DNA of 64,000 bases from the human T2T-CHM13v2.0 reference genome, Homo sapiens: assembly GCF_009914755.1 (NCBI RefSeq), contig NC_060934.1. One strand, given 5' to 3'. Below are positions 29,275 through 46,097 of the stretch, one piece after another; position 1 is the first letter of the stretch; the number at the start of each line of letters is the position of its first letter. Below the pieces are notes generated by a model. That model was not told the origin of the DNA. It searched no databases and saw only the letters and a list, made by a program, of their open reading frames with translations. Both the position numbers and the translations under genes were made by a program.

Positions 29275-30298
29275 AAGTAAAGACATCTGAGCTCCCAAAT
29301 TAGAAAAACTATCACTAATGCTACATATCATAAATAAAAATTGGGGAATAGACACTTTATGGCTATAAAATAATGTTAGTAGAATATTTTAAGTTGGTCT
29401 CAAACATGAATCTCTACTTTCTTTCTCAAAAAGAACAAAAAACAAAAACAAAAAAATACAGACTTTCCTCCATATGCTTGCCATAAACTATGAACAGGAT
29501 GAGTGTAAAAGATGGTCAGTATTGGCCTTAAACCATATTACTATAGTGAGAAAGACTCCACACATCACAGAATTTAACTGGACATGTTTGCACCAACACT
29601 TTAAAGAAGATAAATGCATATAGAAATGTTCCAAACACTGGTAGACAGCACTGCCAGGTGAGAAACCCACACCCAAATGACAGCAGTGATTTCTGAGATG
29701 ATTTAGAGTGGGACCACAAACTAGACTGTGGAGCGATGTGTGGGCAGCAGGCAGTGGTTGCACACAGCCCTGCTCTGACTGCAGCGTCCTGGCCCCAACC
29801 AGAAGCTTCCCAGGCTGCCATATTTTTAAAACTAGATGAGATTCCTTTACAGCATTTGAAGGATTCTGCTGTTGTCAAGCCAGTTAAAAATGTGATTGGC
29901 CATCCAATTAACAAATTCAAAAGCACAGAAATGTCTGTTTTATGAAATGCAATAAGACGCAATGATTCAGCCTCATGGCTTTCTAATCAGAGCAAAATTT
30001 TTACCCCAAATAGTAATTAACCTGCTTCATCAAGTTTGTTTACTAAACACAGTTCCTCTAAAAGGTTTCTGCTTCCCATTCCACTCCCAGTTCAAGTTCA
30101 TTCTCAAACGCATTTATTAGCATTGAGTCCATTCAAAAGAGTGAGCTGAAGGCCATTTAAGAGGCATTCTCTTAAAATGAGAAAATCTCAATTTTGAGTA
30201 AAGGAGAATTATTGAATAAGGGAGTAACCTGTTGGAGACTTCCCTCCTTAAAATCAGTCCTTGCTTCTCCAACGCATTCACAATAAATTCCAAAACCC

Positions 30299-31073
<775 letters not shown>

Positions 31074-31371
31074 AGCTATTATTCTGAAGGAAACAATATA
31101 CTTGCATAAATAGTTTTGCTGTATTTGGGGAAGAAAGTATTAATTTATGGACACAATTTATGTCTTATCAATATTCAGGTTTCCTAAAAAGTACCTAAAA
31201 AGTATCATGCAAGTTGGTAATCCTACTACTTGCATTTTTGTCCCACGTCAAATTTATGAAAACTTCATCATAGCTTAAATGAGAAATGTGTAAATCAAAA
31301 TATTCTTTTAAAGAATAAAAATGCTTTCTAAATAGAGCTCACTATTAAGTTAAAATTTGAAACAACTCTTA

Positions 31372-31698
<327 letters not shown>

Positions 31699-32065
31699 GC
31701 AAACTGGTTGTATTTTTATTTTCTAAAGAGTGAAGGGCTCTTTTGCAAGCTGAGAAGAAAAATATCAAGAATAAAAGCTGTCAGTCCCTTCTCTGACCTG
31801 ATGTTGATAATAATGATGATGATAATAATTTGTCATTGTTAAATGTGTACTAGATACCAGGCACTTTAAATTACTGAATTACTTCATTCAGTTCTTACAA
31901 CAGTACTACGATTACCTTCATTTAAAGATGAAAAAATAAGTTTTGGAGAAAAGATTCATGCACCTGTGCACACTCAGTAACTAGCAGACTCAAGATTGAA
32001 GCCCAGGCAGTCTGACATCAGAGCTTAGATCTTTACTGACTTCTGGAAAATGAAATCTCACATTA

Positions 32066-32425
<360 letters not shown>

Positions 32426-32537
32426 CTATACATTATATAACATTACCAGTTATTGATTAGAACATGGTCTAAAACTGGGTTTTCTGGGCTTCCATTCAAT
32501 GGGTTTTAGTTATGAAAGTATTAGAAATTATGTTCTA

Positions 32538-33115
32538 TATTGTTTATCTACTGCTGCAAAACAAGTTACCTCCAAACTGCAGCAGCTTAAAACGACATTC
32601 TTTATCTCCCAGCTTTTGAGACTGGGGACTCTGGGGGCTGCATAACCAGGAGGGCAGTTCTGGCCCAGAATCTTCCATGAGGTTACAGTCAAGCTGATGG
32701 CCAAGTCTATTTCAAGGGTCTACTGGTGCTCAATGACTCCCTCGTGCAGGTGGTGGGAGGCCTCCATTACTTATGGGATGCTGGATTGGGCCCCAAACTA
32801 ATCAAAGAGGAAGACTTCCCTGAGTTCCTTACAGCACAGGCCTCTCCATAGGGCAGCTCACAACATGGAGGCTGGTTTTCCTCTGAGTGATCCTTGAGGC
32901 AGCCAGAGACGGGGCAGCCAGAGACTGGGCAGCCAAAGGGAAGGAAGCAGCAGTCTTGTAAACCAGTCTCTGAAGGGATGCTTCATGGCTTCTACTCTGT
33001 TTTAGTCATTGGAACTGAGTCACAAAGTCCTGCCCCGACTCAGGGGATTTTGCAAAGGCATGACTACCAGAAGATGAGGGTTACAGGGAGCCATCCTAGA
33101 GGTTGCCTACCACAC
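32538..33115 (-). mobile_element. MaLR LTR (MLT1-type)
   Basis: tgtttatctactgctgcaaaacaagttacc...cagcttaaaacgac...ggttgcctaccaca. Confidence 0.65.
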
Positions 33116-33120
33116 ATGCT

Positions 33121-33280
33121 CTTTTTATTGAAACAGGGTCTCCCTCTGTCGCCCAAGCTGGAGTGCGGTGGCTCAGTCATAGCTCACTCACGGCAGCTCC
33201 CAACTCGTGGGCTCAAGCGATCCTCTTGCCTCAGCCTCCCAAAGTGATGGGATTACAGGCATGAGCCACTGCACCTGGCC
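33121..33280 (-). mobile_element. Alu monomer (FAM/FLAM-like)
   Basis: Single antisense arm; ccacatgct on both flanks. Confidence 0.8.
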
Positions 33281-33396
33281 CCCCACATGCTTTAATATGC
33301 TAAAAAGAGAGGAATGTCTTAGTTTCATCCCTAAGTTCTAGGTTTCCATTTGTTAGTGTTGGCTTTTTCTCTTTAATGAAATGATTAAAAGATTAG

Positions 33397-33678
33397 AGCC
33401 AGGCACAGTGGCTCACACCTGTAATCCCAGCACTTTGGGAGGCCAAGCTGAGGTCAAGAGTTGGAGACCAGCCTGGCCACAAGGTGAAACCCCATCTCTA
33501 CTAAAAATACAAAAATTAGCCAGGCGTGGTGGCACATGCCTGTAATCCCAGCTACTTGGGAGGCTGAGGCAGGAGAATCGTTTGAACCTGGAGGCAGAGG
33601 TTGTATCAAGCCAAGATTGCACCACTGCACTCTAGCCTGGGCAACAGAGTCTTGCTAAAAATAAAATAAAATAAAAAT
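33397..33678 (+). mobile_element. Alu (S-like) with internal deletions
   Basis: Dimer with (TAAAA)n tail. Confidence 0.92.
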
Positions 33679-33839
33679 TCGATAGACTTCAAAGATAAAT
33701 CTTAGCTAATGAAAGAACCCTTTAACTAGAAGACAAGACTGGAAAGATAAGTAAAATTTAAAATATTTTCAATTCACAGTTACATCACAACACTAGTAAA
33801 TTTCTTCACAAATATTACATTCTATCCCGCCCACCCTCC

Positions 33840-33995
33840 TTTTTTTTTGTTTGTTTGTTTGTTTGTTTGTTTGTTTCTGTAAAGACAGGGTCTCACTATT
33901 TGCCCAGGCTGGTCTAGAACTCCTGGCCTTGAACTATTCTTCCGCCTTGGCCTCCCAAATCGCTGGGATTACAGATATGAGCCATTGCACCCAGC
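33840..33995 (-). mobile_element. Alu left monomer (FLAM-like)
   Basis: Single antisense arm with a (TTTG)n tail. Confidence 0.85.
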
Positions 33996-34601
33996 CCCAT
34001 TGCACCCAGACCCATTATCTCCTCACACAGTTCAAATGTAGGTCTAAGCTATATTGGGTCCCAATATAGCTTGCACTATATAAGAAATAAGCAAAGAGCA
34101 CTTTAAAATAACTGTAGGGTGTCAATTCCTGGATACAATTGGGTGTCTCTCATACTTCTATTTTATGTCTAATTTCTGAAATCAGTATGACAAGTATCAA
34201 GGCAGAGACTCCTTCAGAACAATCTCAGAAACATATATTTAAGATAAATTTGAGAACAGGAGTGTTACGGTCTTAGATAATACTATTAATCCTTTTAAAG
34301 GTATTTTAAATTAGCTGTTTTAAAGATAAGAGAAATATACACTTTAAACCTAGTGGTTAAAATGAAATGGTGATGTTTCCAAATTTTAAATCATTTTGGA
34401 ATGTCACATATTTTCATGCTTGGAAACTCAGTCTCTATAACTTACAATGACATTATCAGAATAAGTAATCTTTTGTTCTGCAAGTTTATTAATGACCATG
34501 ACCAAAAACCTTAAAATTCTGATCTGGAATAGCATGAATCTCATTCATAAGTGTGGATGTATGAGTCCGTATAAGGGACTATAAGACGTTTGCCCTTGAC
34601 A

Positions 34602-34882
34602 TTTTTTTTTAATAGTGCCACTCATGCCAGGCTGGAGTGAGTGGCACGATCTCAGCTCACTGCAACCTCCAACTCCTTGGTTGAAGCGATTCTCCCGCCT
34701 CTGCCTCCCAAGTAGCTGGGATTACAGGCATGTGCCGCCACGCCTAGCTAATTTTTGTATTTTTAGTAGAGACGGGGTTTCACCTTTTTGGCCAGGATGG
34801 TCTCGATCTCCTGACCTCATGATCTGCCCGCCTTGGCCTTCCAAAGTGCTGGGAATACAGGCGTGAGCCACTGCGCCCAGCC
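34602..34882 (-). mobile_element. Alu (Sc-like)
   Basis: Antisense dimer. Confidence 0.92.
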
Positions 34883-35473
34883 AGCTCTTGATTTATTATA
34901 AGGTGAAAATTATACACGCTTCTGAATTTTTTCTAATTAATCAGTTAGTCATTATTATCAACTGACATGTAAGTTTAACCCATGAATCCTAAAGTCAAAA
35001 AAATAATTCTTTTCTTTTTCCTATTGCAGAAAATTTGTTAGCATAATTTTTTCCAATTGTGAAATTCTTAACAGTATTGTAAATGTTATAAACATGTTGC
35101 AACTCCAGAACCTAATGCTGCACCTAGAACACGGTAAGCTTTTCCAGCTTCATCTGTGAGCTCCAGAAATCAAACCTGAACTAAGGCTTTTCCAGGCTGA
35201 TAAAAATTTGCCATTTTTATAATAATATTTTTATGATGATAATAGAAATTTAGACTTAGTTTTGACTTTCACAGGAAAGGAAAATATTCTCTTCCTTATG
35301 TCACCTAATTAGATAGTCATCTTGTATAAAAGCTATGAAAGTTTTACAATACTATTTGGAAAAACAAAAAGAATTACATGTTGAACACTTTTATTGCTGT
35401 TAATATCCAGTCATGTGAAGCCTCATTAATTTACATCTTGTGAGTTTTGAGTTTGCTATAATTGTTACCATAA

Positions 35474-35740
<267 letters not shown>

Positions 35741-35799
35741 TAAAAGGGCTTATAACTATTTCTTACATATAAATTAGATTCCACATAAAAATGTTTTTA

Positions 35800-36112
35800 G
35801 GCTGGGCATGGTGGCTCATGCCTGTAATCCCAGCACTTTGGGAGGCTGAGGCAGGTGGATGGCTTGAGCCCAGGAGTTCAAGACCAGCATGGGCAACATG
35901 GCCAAATCTCATCTCTAAAAAAATACCAAAAAAAAAAAAAATAGCTGGACATGGTGGCACGTGCCTGTAGTCCCAGCTAGTGGGGAAGCTGAAATGGGAG
36001 GATCACTTGAGCCCCTGGAGGTCAAGGTTGCAGTGAGCTGTGATCATGCCATTGCACTCCGACCTGAGTGACGGGAGCGAGACCCTGCTCAAAAATAAAT
36101 AAATAAATAAAT
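35800..36112 (+). mobile_element. Alu (J-like)
   Basis: Dimer with (TAAA)n tail. Confidence 0.93.
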
Positions 36113-36581
36113 AGTGTTTTTACACTTCAGATAAACTTCTTGGACTCTGTAAGTATTTTATTCAGGAGCACCTATGCTTGCAGCATACAGTAGTCTCCAA
36201 AGGATTGCTACCCATCAATATTTATCAACTTAGCACTGAGAGAAACTGTCTTAGTGAAGATGCATTTCTTTACATTGTAATTGAGTCTTGCATAGCCTTC
36301 TTCATAATTTATCTGGTTTTATTTTCTAAAAAACTTGACATTATTATTCAATAAAATATGTTGACAAAATCTATAATTCAAAAAAGGCTTCATTTCTGAC
36401 AAAAGCGGATTACCAGGCTTTTCTAAATAGTGTAAAATTAAGTTTATCAAATTGTCTTCAATTTCTAATTTTAAGCTGATTTTGTATGTTAAGTGAATTT
36501 TCAAGAAAGAGTTATCAAAGTATGGTTTTGTTTTTATTTTCATTGCAGAGGGATCATATCCCCAGAAATCACTTTAAAATT

Positions 36582-36901
36582 GGCCAGGTGCAGTGGCTCA
36601 CGCCTATAACCCCAGCACTTCGGGAGGCCGAGGCGGGGAGATAACCTGAGGTCCAGAGTTAGAGACCAGCCTGGCCAACATGGTGAAACCCTATTTCTAC
36701 TGAACACACAAAAATTAGCCGGGGTGGTGGCAGGCGCCTGTAAACCCAGCTACTCAGGAGGCTGAGGCACGAGAATCATTTGAACCCAGGAGGTGGAGGG
36801 TGCAGTGAGCCAAGATCGTGCCTCTGGACTCCAGCCTGGGTGACAGAGTGAGACTCTGTCTTAAAATAAATAAATAAATAAAAATAAAAATAAAAATAAA
36901 A
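36582..36901 (+). mobile_element. Alu (S-like)
   Basis: Full dimer. Confidence 0.95.
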
Positions 36902-37802
36902 TTGAGTGATATAGGTAGACAATAGGCATTCAGTTCATTTCAAAATGATATGAAAAATAAAATTAGATGTATATGTTACCTAAACAAAATTTTAAAAACA
37001 AATTAGTTTATATTTCACTCAGAGTTAAAGAATATACTTCTGCACCCAACCAATCCATCCATCAATAAGTACCTACTGAATATCTATTATGTACCCAGCC
37101 CTTGACTAGGCTGCTATTTGGTGATTATGTAACTATAACTAACCATAATTAAATATCAGTATATAAATATATATTCCTGAATTCAAACAGCTTATAATTT
37201 AGTTAGGTACAAACAATTAAACAGCAGAGATCATTTTAAATGAAATTAAGTTACGAAAAGCATTGTAAATTATAAATGCAGTTTCAGAAAGAAAGCAATT
37301 AATAAGTGCCAATGTTCTACCATAAAATTACAAGGAGAGGGTGAATTTCAAGTAGGCACTTAAGAGATGAATAGGATTTCCACAAGAAACTTAGAGCAAA
37401 AAGGTGGTATCAGCTGGAGGAAGAGAAAAAACAAAATAACAGGAGTGGGAGTTAACAGGGCTCACTCCCATGCAGTGAGGAGTCTAACGGGATAGGATTG
37501 AAGGTTCTTCTTGGGAGTGGGAGAAGTTACATTTCGATAGCCACAGGAGGAATTCACTGAAAAACGACACAGAGGAATTCAGATTTGACACAGAAAGGAG
37601 TAGAGGCCCACCACAGGTTCTCAAGCAAAAGAGTAACAGTGAGAGTATATTTTAAGGAAGCTTTCCACCATTGTCTTAAATAGAAGTGTAACTAATGAAA
37701 TAATTAGGAGCCTCTTATTTGGCAAAGATGTTAAAGAAGACAGAAAAATAAAAGTAGAATCACTTAATTTCTGTTTTCTCAAGTTCAATTACATTGTCTT
37801 TA

Positions 37803-38180
<378 letters not shown>

Positions 38181-38319
38181 CTATTTCCACAATGCCATAC
38201 GCAAAAAATGTTGATTGAGTGCCTTCTACTTGCAAAGTACTTGATATGAGGCTATGGAACATAAACCAAATCCAGTTCATGTGTCCAAGGAGCTTACAAG
38301 ATAGAAGTGTTAAGGAATG

Positions 38320-38611
38320 TGGCTTGGTGCAGTGGCTCACGCCTGTAATCCCAGAACTTTGGGAGGCCAAAGTGAAGGAGGCCAGGAGTCTAAGATCAAA
38401 CTGAGGAGCACAGAGAGATCCTAACTTTACAAAATAAAATTTTAAAAAATTAAAAATTAGCTGGGTATGGGATTCCACGCCTGTAGTCCCAGCTACTCAG
38501 GCAGCTGAGACAGGAGGGTTACGTGAGCCAGGAGTTCAAGGCTGCAGTGAGCTATACGTACACCACTGCACTTCAGCCTCGGCGACAGGGCAAGACTGTG
38601 TCTCAAAAAAA
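38320..38611 (+). mobile_element. Alu (J-like)
   Basis: TSD aagtgttaaggaatgt on both sides. Confidence 0.93.
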
Positions 38612-39052
38612 AGTGTTAAGGAATGTGTATCAGACATTTTTATAAATGTCATAACAGAGGTGCAGGTAAAATCCTGTGATCATTCACAGAAGAATAAAAT
38701 CACCTTTCAGATACAGGATTCGGATCAGGTTTCATGGAAGAGGCAAAACTTTTTGTAAATCTCAAAATGGGTATGTTGTCAGAATGGAATGGCAAAAGAG
38801 CCTGGAAAAAGTAATGTTTATTCTGTGTGGTCTGTGTCTGCTAAAATTCCAGAGTTACTGTAGAGAAAGGGAGAGAATGGATTTGGGAGCCAATAGCAGT
38901 GTCTGCCACACCTGGCTCATATGTATACAGACTGCAGCAGGAAGGCAACGTCTGGCTACGATGCACAATACATGTGTGTCCTTGGTATAGCTCCTTAGCA
39001 GGAATATTCTGGCTAGTAAAATAACAGAGTTACTCAGGTGGGATAGCATGGT

Positions 39053-39712
<660 letters not shown>

Positions 39713-40569
39713 TGGTGAATGTGTTATGAGGTTACTAAGATGGGGAAGAGAGGAGAACAGAAATGTATCTAACAGAGGGACAGACCTGAAGAAGTGGAGA
39801 ATATCTTGTGAGATTTCCCCCACCTTTTTCATTCTTGGCTATGCCCTGTCGCCTGCCGAGCCTCTTTTCATATTCGGTCTGGAATGCTGAAACCTCCTTT
39901 TCCTCATTCCCTTTGTTATCTCTATATCTTGTTCCCTAGAAATAAAGATTTGAACTTTAGCATGAGCTGTACTTTTGCTACAGACCTTCTATTATCCAGC
40001 TACAGTGTTGACATACTTAATCTCCTTTAATGGGACAAGTAATGAACTCAATTAGCTGGAAAACCTCCATGCAAAGAGAAAAGACAACTCTTACCATATA
40101 ATTCACAGACATTTCCCTTGATTCACATTATTCCTGCATTAAAGACCTTCTATGACCCCGAATATCAGTTGGTTACTCGCTAAAACTGACTGTAGAGCAA
40201 TTTCGCCTTAAGCAGATTTACTTAACGAAACACTAATATGTAATTAACTGGACTGAGAATTTGATTTGCATACTCTCAAGGAACAATTTTTTATTATTTA
40301 AAAACAAAACACTTGACATTCTAGAAGGGGCTACAAAGACATCCCCAAAGGTCAATTAGTCCTACAACTGATTACCTAAATATTTAATAGCACTCAAACA
40401 CAGTACTAAATGGGCTCTAATTTGTTTGTGAAAAGAAACAATGCCACTTTACACACGGCTGCCAAGTTTTCAGTAAACAAAGAGAATATGGTCTTGGGAA
40501 ACTGATGAATCTAGTTTAAAAATGCGACAAGATCCTCCTGTGCTCCTTCCAAACATGGCAGTGATTTTC

Positions 40570-41755
40570 CACTAATTTTCTTCCTGATGCTTTTTTCCTT
40601 TAAGTCTACATGTTGATGCACCCCAAGGCTCAGTCTTTGAATTGGTCTCTTTCCTAGGTCGTTCTCAAGTAATCTCTAGGCTTGACAAACTTCCTCTGTA
40701 TTGACAGCTCCCAATGTTATACCTATAGCTCACACCTCCTCCCTGAACTGCAGTCTCAAATATATCCCTGCCTATACAGCATGGCATGAATATCTAGCGG
40801 GCATCTCAAATTTACTGTGTCCCAAATGGAACTTCTGATTTTTCCCCCAGATAAAAACTGTAAATCCCACTCTCTTCCCCATCTCAATAAATGGTAACTC
40901 CCTCCTTCCAAATTGCTCAGGTCCAAAGCCTTGGTGTCATCCTTGGCTCTTCTCTCTTCTCCTGCACCCCCACATGTAACCTGTGAGGAGGTCTTATTGG
41001 TTCTACCTTTATAACCTATGCAGACACCAATCCCTTCTTACCACCTCCATCATGACGTACACTGCCATAATCGCTCCCCTAGATTCTTGCAATAGTCTCC
41101 TAACTGGCTTTCCTACTTCAGCCTCTCCTCCAACCCTTATACCTAATGTCTACTTTGAATAGAGCATCCAAGAGGATCCTTTGAAAATCTCCTCTGCTCA
41201 AACCCTTCCAGTGTATTCCCATCTGGGATAGAGTCAAAGTCTTCGTGGCTGTCTCAAAAGTCCTCGACTGGTCCCCCGCTGTGCTCTGCCTGGTCCCCCG
41301 CTGTGCTCTGCCTTGTCCCCCGCTGTGCTGTGCCTCTGCTCTGGCCACAGGGGCTTCCTTGCTATTCTTCCAACACTCCAGGTGTACTCATTCCTGGAGA
41401 TCTTTGCCATTGTCGCTTCTCTACCAGGAATACTCTTCTCCAGGTGTCTTCCTAGATATCTTCAGGTCTTGGACTAAAAGTCACCTTCTCAATGAGTCTT
41501 TACCTGACTAGCTTATTTAAAATTGCAACTCCCACTTTCACCCCAGCACTATCTTCCATCCCTTCTTTACTTTTATCTATCGCACTTCTCATCTTCCAAT
41601 ATATATTTTACTTATTTATTTGTTTATTGTCTGTCTCCCCTCACTAGCAGGTAAGTTCCATGAAGGCAGATAATTTTGTTGGCTTTAAACACCTAGAACA
41701 AAGCTTGGCATAAAGTAAGTACTCAATAGATTAATGTTAAATTAATAAATAAGTA
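40570..41755 (+). mobile_element. L2 fragment
   Basis: catctcaaattt...tcccaaatggaactt, ctctgctcaaacccttccagtg, gtaagttccatgaaggcag. Confidence 0.75.
41268..41333 (+). repeat. 22-bp tandem repeat x3
   Basis: ctggtcccccgctgtgctctgc twice, plus one variant copy. Confidence 0.9.
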
Positions 41756-41848
41756 AACAGTGATTATTTATGACTAACTAGGGGAAAAATATAATTAACA
41801 AGGATGTTTTCATGAAGGATAGACTCCCTAAGAGCAGTCACTATACCT

Positions 41849-42027
41849 TTTCCTTTTTTTTTTTTTTTTTTTTTTTCGAGACAGGATCTCGCTCTGTCAC
41901 CCAGGTTCCTGGAGTGCAGTGGTACAATCACAGCTCGTTGCAGCCTCAAACACCTGGGCTCAAGCGATCCTGCCTCCTCAGCCTCCAAAAGGGCTAGGAT
42001 TATAGGTGTGAGCCACCATGCCTGGCC
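41849..42027 (-). mobile_element. Alu monomer (FAM/FRAM-like)
   Basis: Single antisense arm with poly-T. Confidence 0.85.
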
Positions 42028-42549
42028 ATTTTCCTTCTTTTTGGCTCCATCATCTAGCAGAGTTGTGTCATATTGTAGATATTCAATAAATACTTATTGA
42101 ATCTAGTTGAATATTTGTTGAAGAGCACAGACTGAAGCTTGTGTTCAAATCCCAGCTTCTCTGGTTATTGGCTGTGTAAGCTAAGGAAAAGCACTTAACT
42201 TCTCTGTGCCTAGAGTCTTCATAAAATAGGAATAATAATTATAATAATAATTACAATAGTAATTATATGTGGGGTTGTGTGAGGATTAAATGAGTAAATA
42301 TTCTTAAACTACAGAATGGTGCTTGGCACAAAATAACAGATGATGATGATGACAACGACGATAGTCCTATGAAACTCATCATGAAATGGCAATTTCCTGG
42401 TTAAGCTTAAACCATTTACGTATTTTAAAAGTGAAAAGACTATATAAATTGAATGAAATAACCAAGTAGCATGTCACTCCCCAGCTGAAAATCTGTAAAT
42501 AACTACTACTGCCACTGTGACAAAATCCAAACTTCCAATCTTGCATTCA

Positions 42550-43192
<643 letters not shown>

Positions 43193-43299
43193 TAACAAGA
43201 TTTTTTCTTTTTCAAATACCAAGGAAAGTAATTCCCCACAAATGTATAAGGATGATTTTTTTCTAGGGATGTAAATAATGCCTCCTGAAGCACAGTTTG

Positions 43300-43610
43300 A
43301 TTTTCTTTCTTTCTTTTTTCTGAGACGGAGTCTCACTCTGTCGCCCAGGCTGGAGTGCAGTGGTGTGACCTCGGCTCACTGCAACCTCTGCTTCCTGGGT
43401 TCAAGCAATTCTCCTTGCCTCAGCTTCCCGAGTAGCTGGGATTAGCCGCTTGCCACCACACCCGGCTAATTTTTTCTATTTGTTTTGGTAGAAACTGGGG
43501 TTTCACCATGTTCACCATGTTAGCCAGGCTGGTTTCCTGACCTCAGGCGACCCACCCACCTCAGCCTCCCAAAGTGCTGGGATTACAGGCATGAGCCACC
43601 GCGCCCGGCC
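43300..43610 (-). mobile_element. Alu (S-like)
   Basis: TSD agcacagtttgatttt. Confidence 0.94.
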
Positions 43611-43824
43611 AGCACAGTTTGATTTTCAAAGAACTTTTACATAGTCAACTTATTTACAACAGTGACCACACTAAAAAGAAACCAGAATAGGAGTTGGCCT
43701 CATTAGGAAATATGAGGAAAGTAAGATTCAAAGACAGTAAACGATTTATTTGAGATTTCATAGCTAGCAATTGGTGTATCCACGATCAGAAAACAGATTC
43801 TTGTGAGACTAAATTCAAGGACTC

Positions 43825-44166
<342 letters not shown>

Positions 44167-44262
44167 TGATAAATACGGAATTTAACAAGTAGGTTTCAAA
44201 TTCCTTGTAGCGCTAGGCACATAATAGATGCATACTATGTGCTTACTAACTGTTTAAGGTAA

Positions 44263-44687
<425 letters not shown>

Positions 44688-45380
44688 ATATTTCAGCACT
44701 TTGTAAAGGTGCAAAAGCAATTGTAATGGGCCCATGATTTCTATTGATATTCTTATTTATCATTTGTCCTTCTAACAAAAAGTCACATTATCTATCTCCC
44801 AGGAGTTATGCAAGATTAATGCCTGGGTTTCATGACTTGAGAAATTTTCTTCTGAACCAAAGACTAAATCATGAGACCTTATAAGATTTTGTGTTGCCTT
44901 CTATATGTGTGATTCTAATCTCCTCTCCTCCTGAATTTGAAGGATCAGAGATTTGACTGTAAATTGCCTTACACAGGGGTTTAAAACCTTATGCTTTAAC
45001 ATTCCATTGCATACTCCTAGGTATAATAAAATATAGAAAGTAGGATGATATTTATATTCAATGACCTATGTTTAAAAAAAATCATGTTTGTAACTGAGCT
45101 ACGAACAACAGCCTTAGAAGAATTTGGAAGAGTCTATATAATAGATTTTCATCTTTTCTATTTCAATCACACTGAGATAATTAGTAGTTTCTCTAAAGCC
45201 TAGAAACATCCAGAAAATCTTTTAGTGTTTCTAAGCCTGATATGAAGAGACATCACAAACTTTTTGGAAGAAAAGGACTTCAGCCTTTTGGCCCTTTGGG
45301 TTGTTTAAAGAAATGGGTACAGTCTTTTAAAAGTGGCTCAATTGCCTGCTGTGATTGATCTCATAAAAGGGGTGATGTTG

Positions 45381-45692
45381 GGCCAGGTGCAGCGACTCAC
45401 GCCTGTAATCCCAGCACTTTGGGAGGCCAAGACGGGTGGATCACGAGGTCAGGAGATCGAGACCATCCTGGCTAACATGGTGAAACCCCGTCTCTACTAA
45501 AAATACAAAAAATTTGCCGGGTGTGGTGGCGGGCGCCTTTAGTCCCAGCTACTCAGGAGGCTGAGGCAGGAGAATGGTGTGAAACCAGAAGGCGGAGCTT
45601 GCAGTGAGCCGAGATCGCACCACTGCATTCCAGCCTAGGTGACAGAGCGAGACTCCGTCTCAAAAAAAAAAAAAAAAAAACAAACAAAAAAA
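45381..45692 (+). mobile_element. AluY-like
   Basis: Y diagnostics; TSD aaaagggg(gg)tgatgtt. Confidence 0.94.
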
Positions 45693-45780
45693 GGGGGGTG
45701 ATGTTTTCTCCTATAGGGTACTTATGATGATCTTCCTGGCTTTCCAAGGTAGCTACTCCAGTGAAATTAACCTACAGGGA

Positions 45781-46097
45781 TTTCTTTTTATTATCTTTTT
45801 GCTTGTTTGTTTGTTTGTTGAGACAGAGTCTCCCTCTGTCACCCAGGCTAGAGAGCAGTGATGCGATCTTGTCTCATTGCAACCTCCACCTCCCTGGTTC
45901 AAGCAATCCTTGTGCTTCAGCCACCCAAGTAGCTGGGGTTACAGGCATGTGTCACCACGCCCAGCTAAATTGTGTATTTTTAGTAGAGACAGGGTTTCAC
46001 CATATTGGCCAGGCTGGTCTCAAGCTCCTGGCCTCAAGTGATCCACCTGCTTCAGCCTCCCAAAGTGCTGTAATAGGCTGAGCCACTGCATCTGGCC
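45781..46097 (-). mobile_element. Alu (S/J-like)
   Basis: Antisense dimer. Confidence 0.92.
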
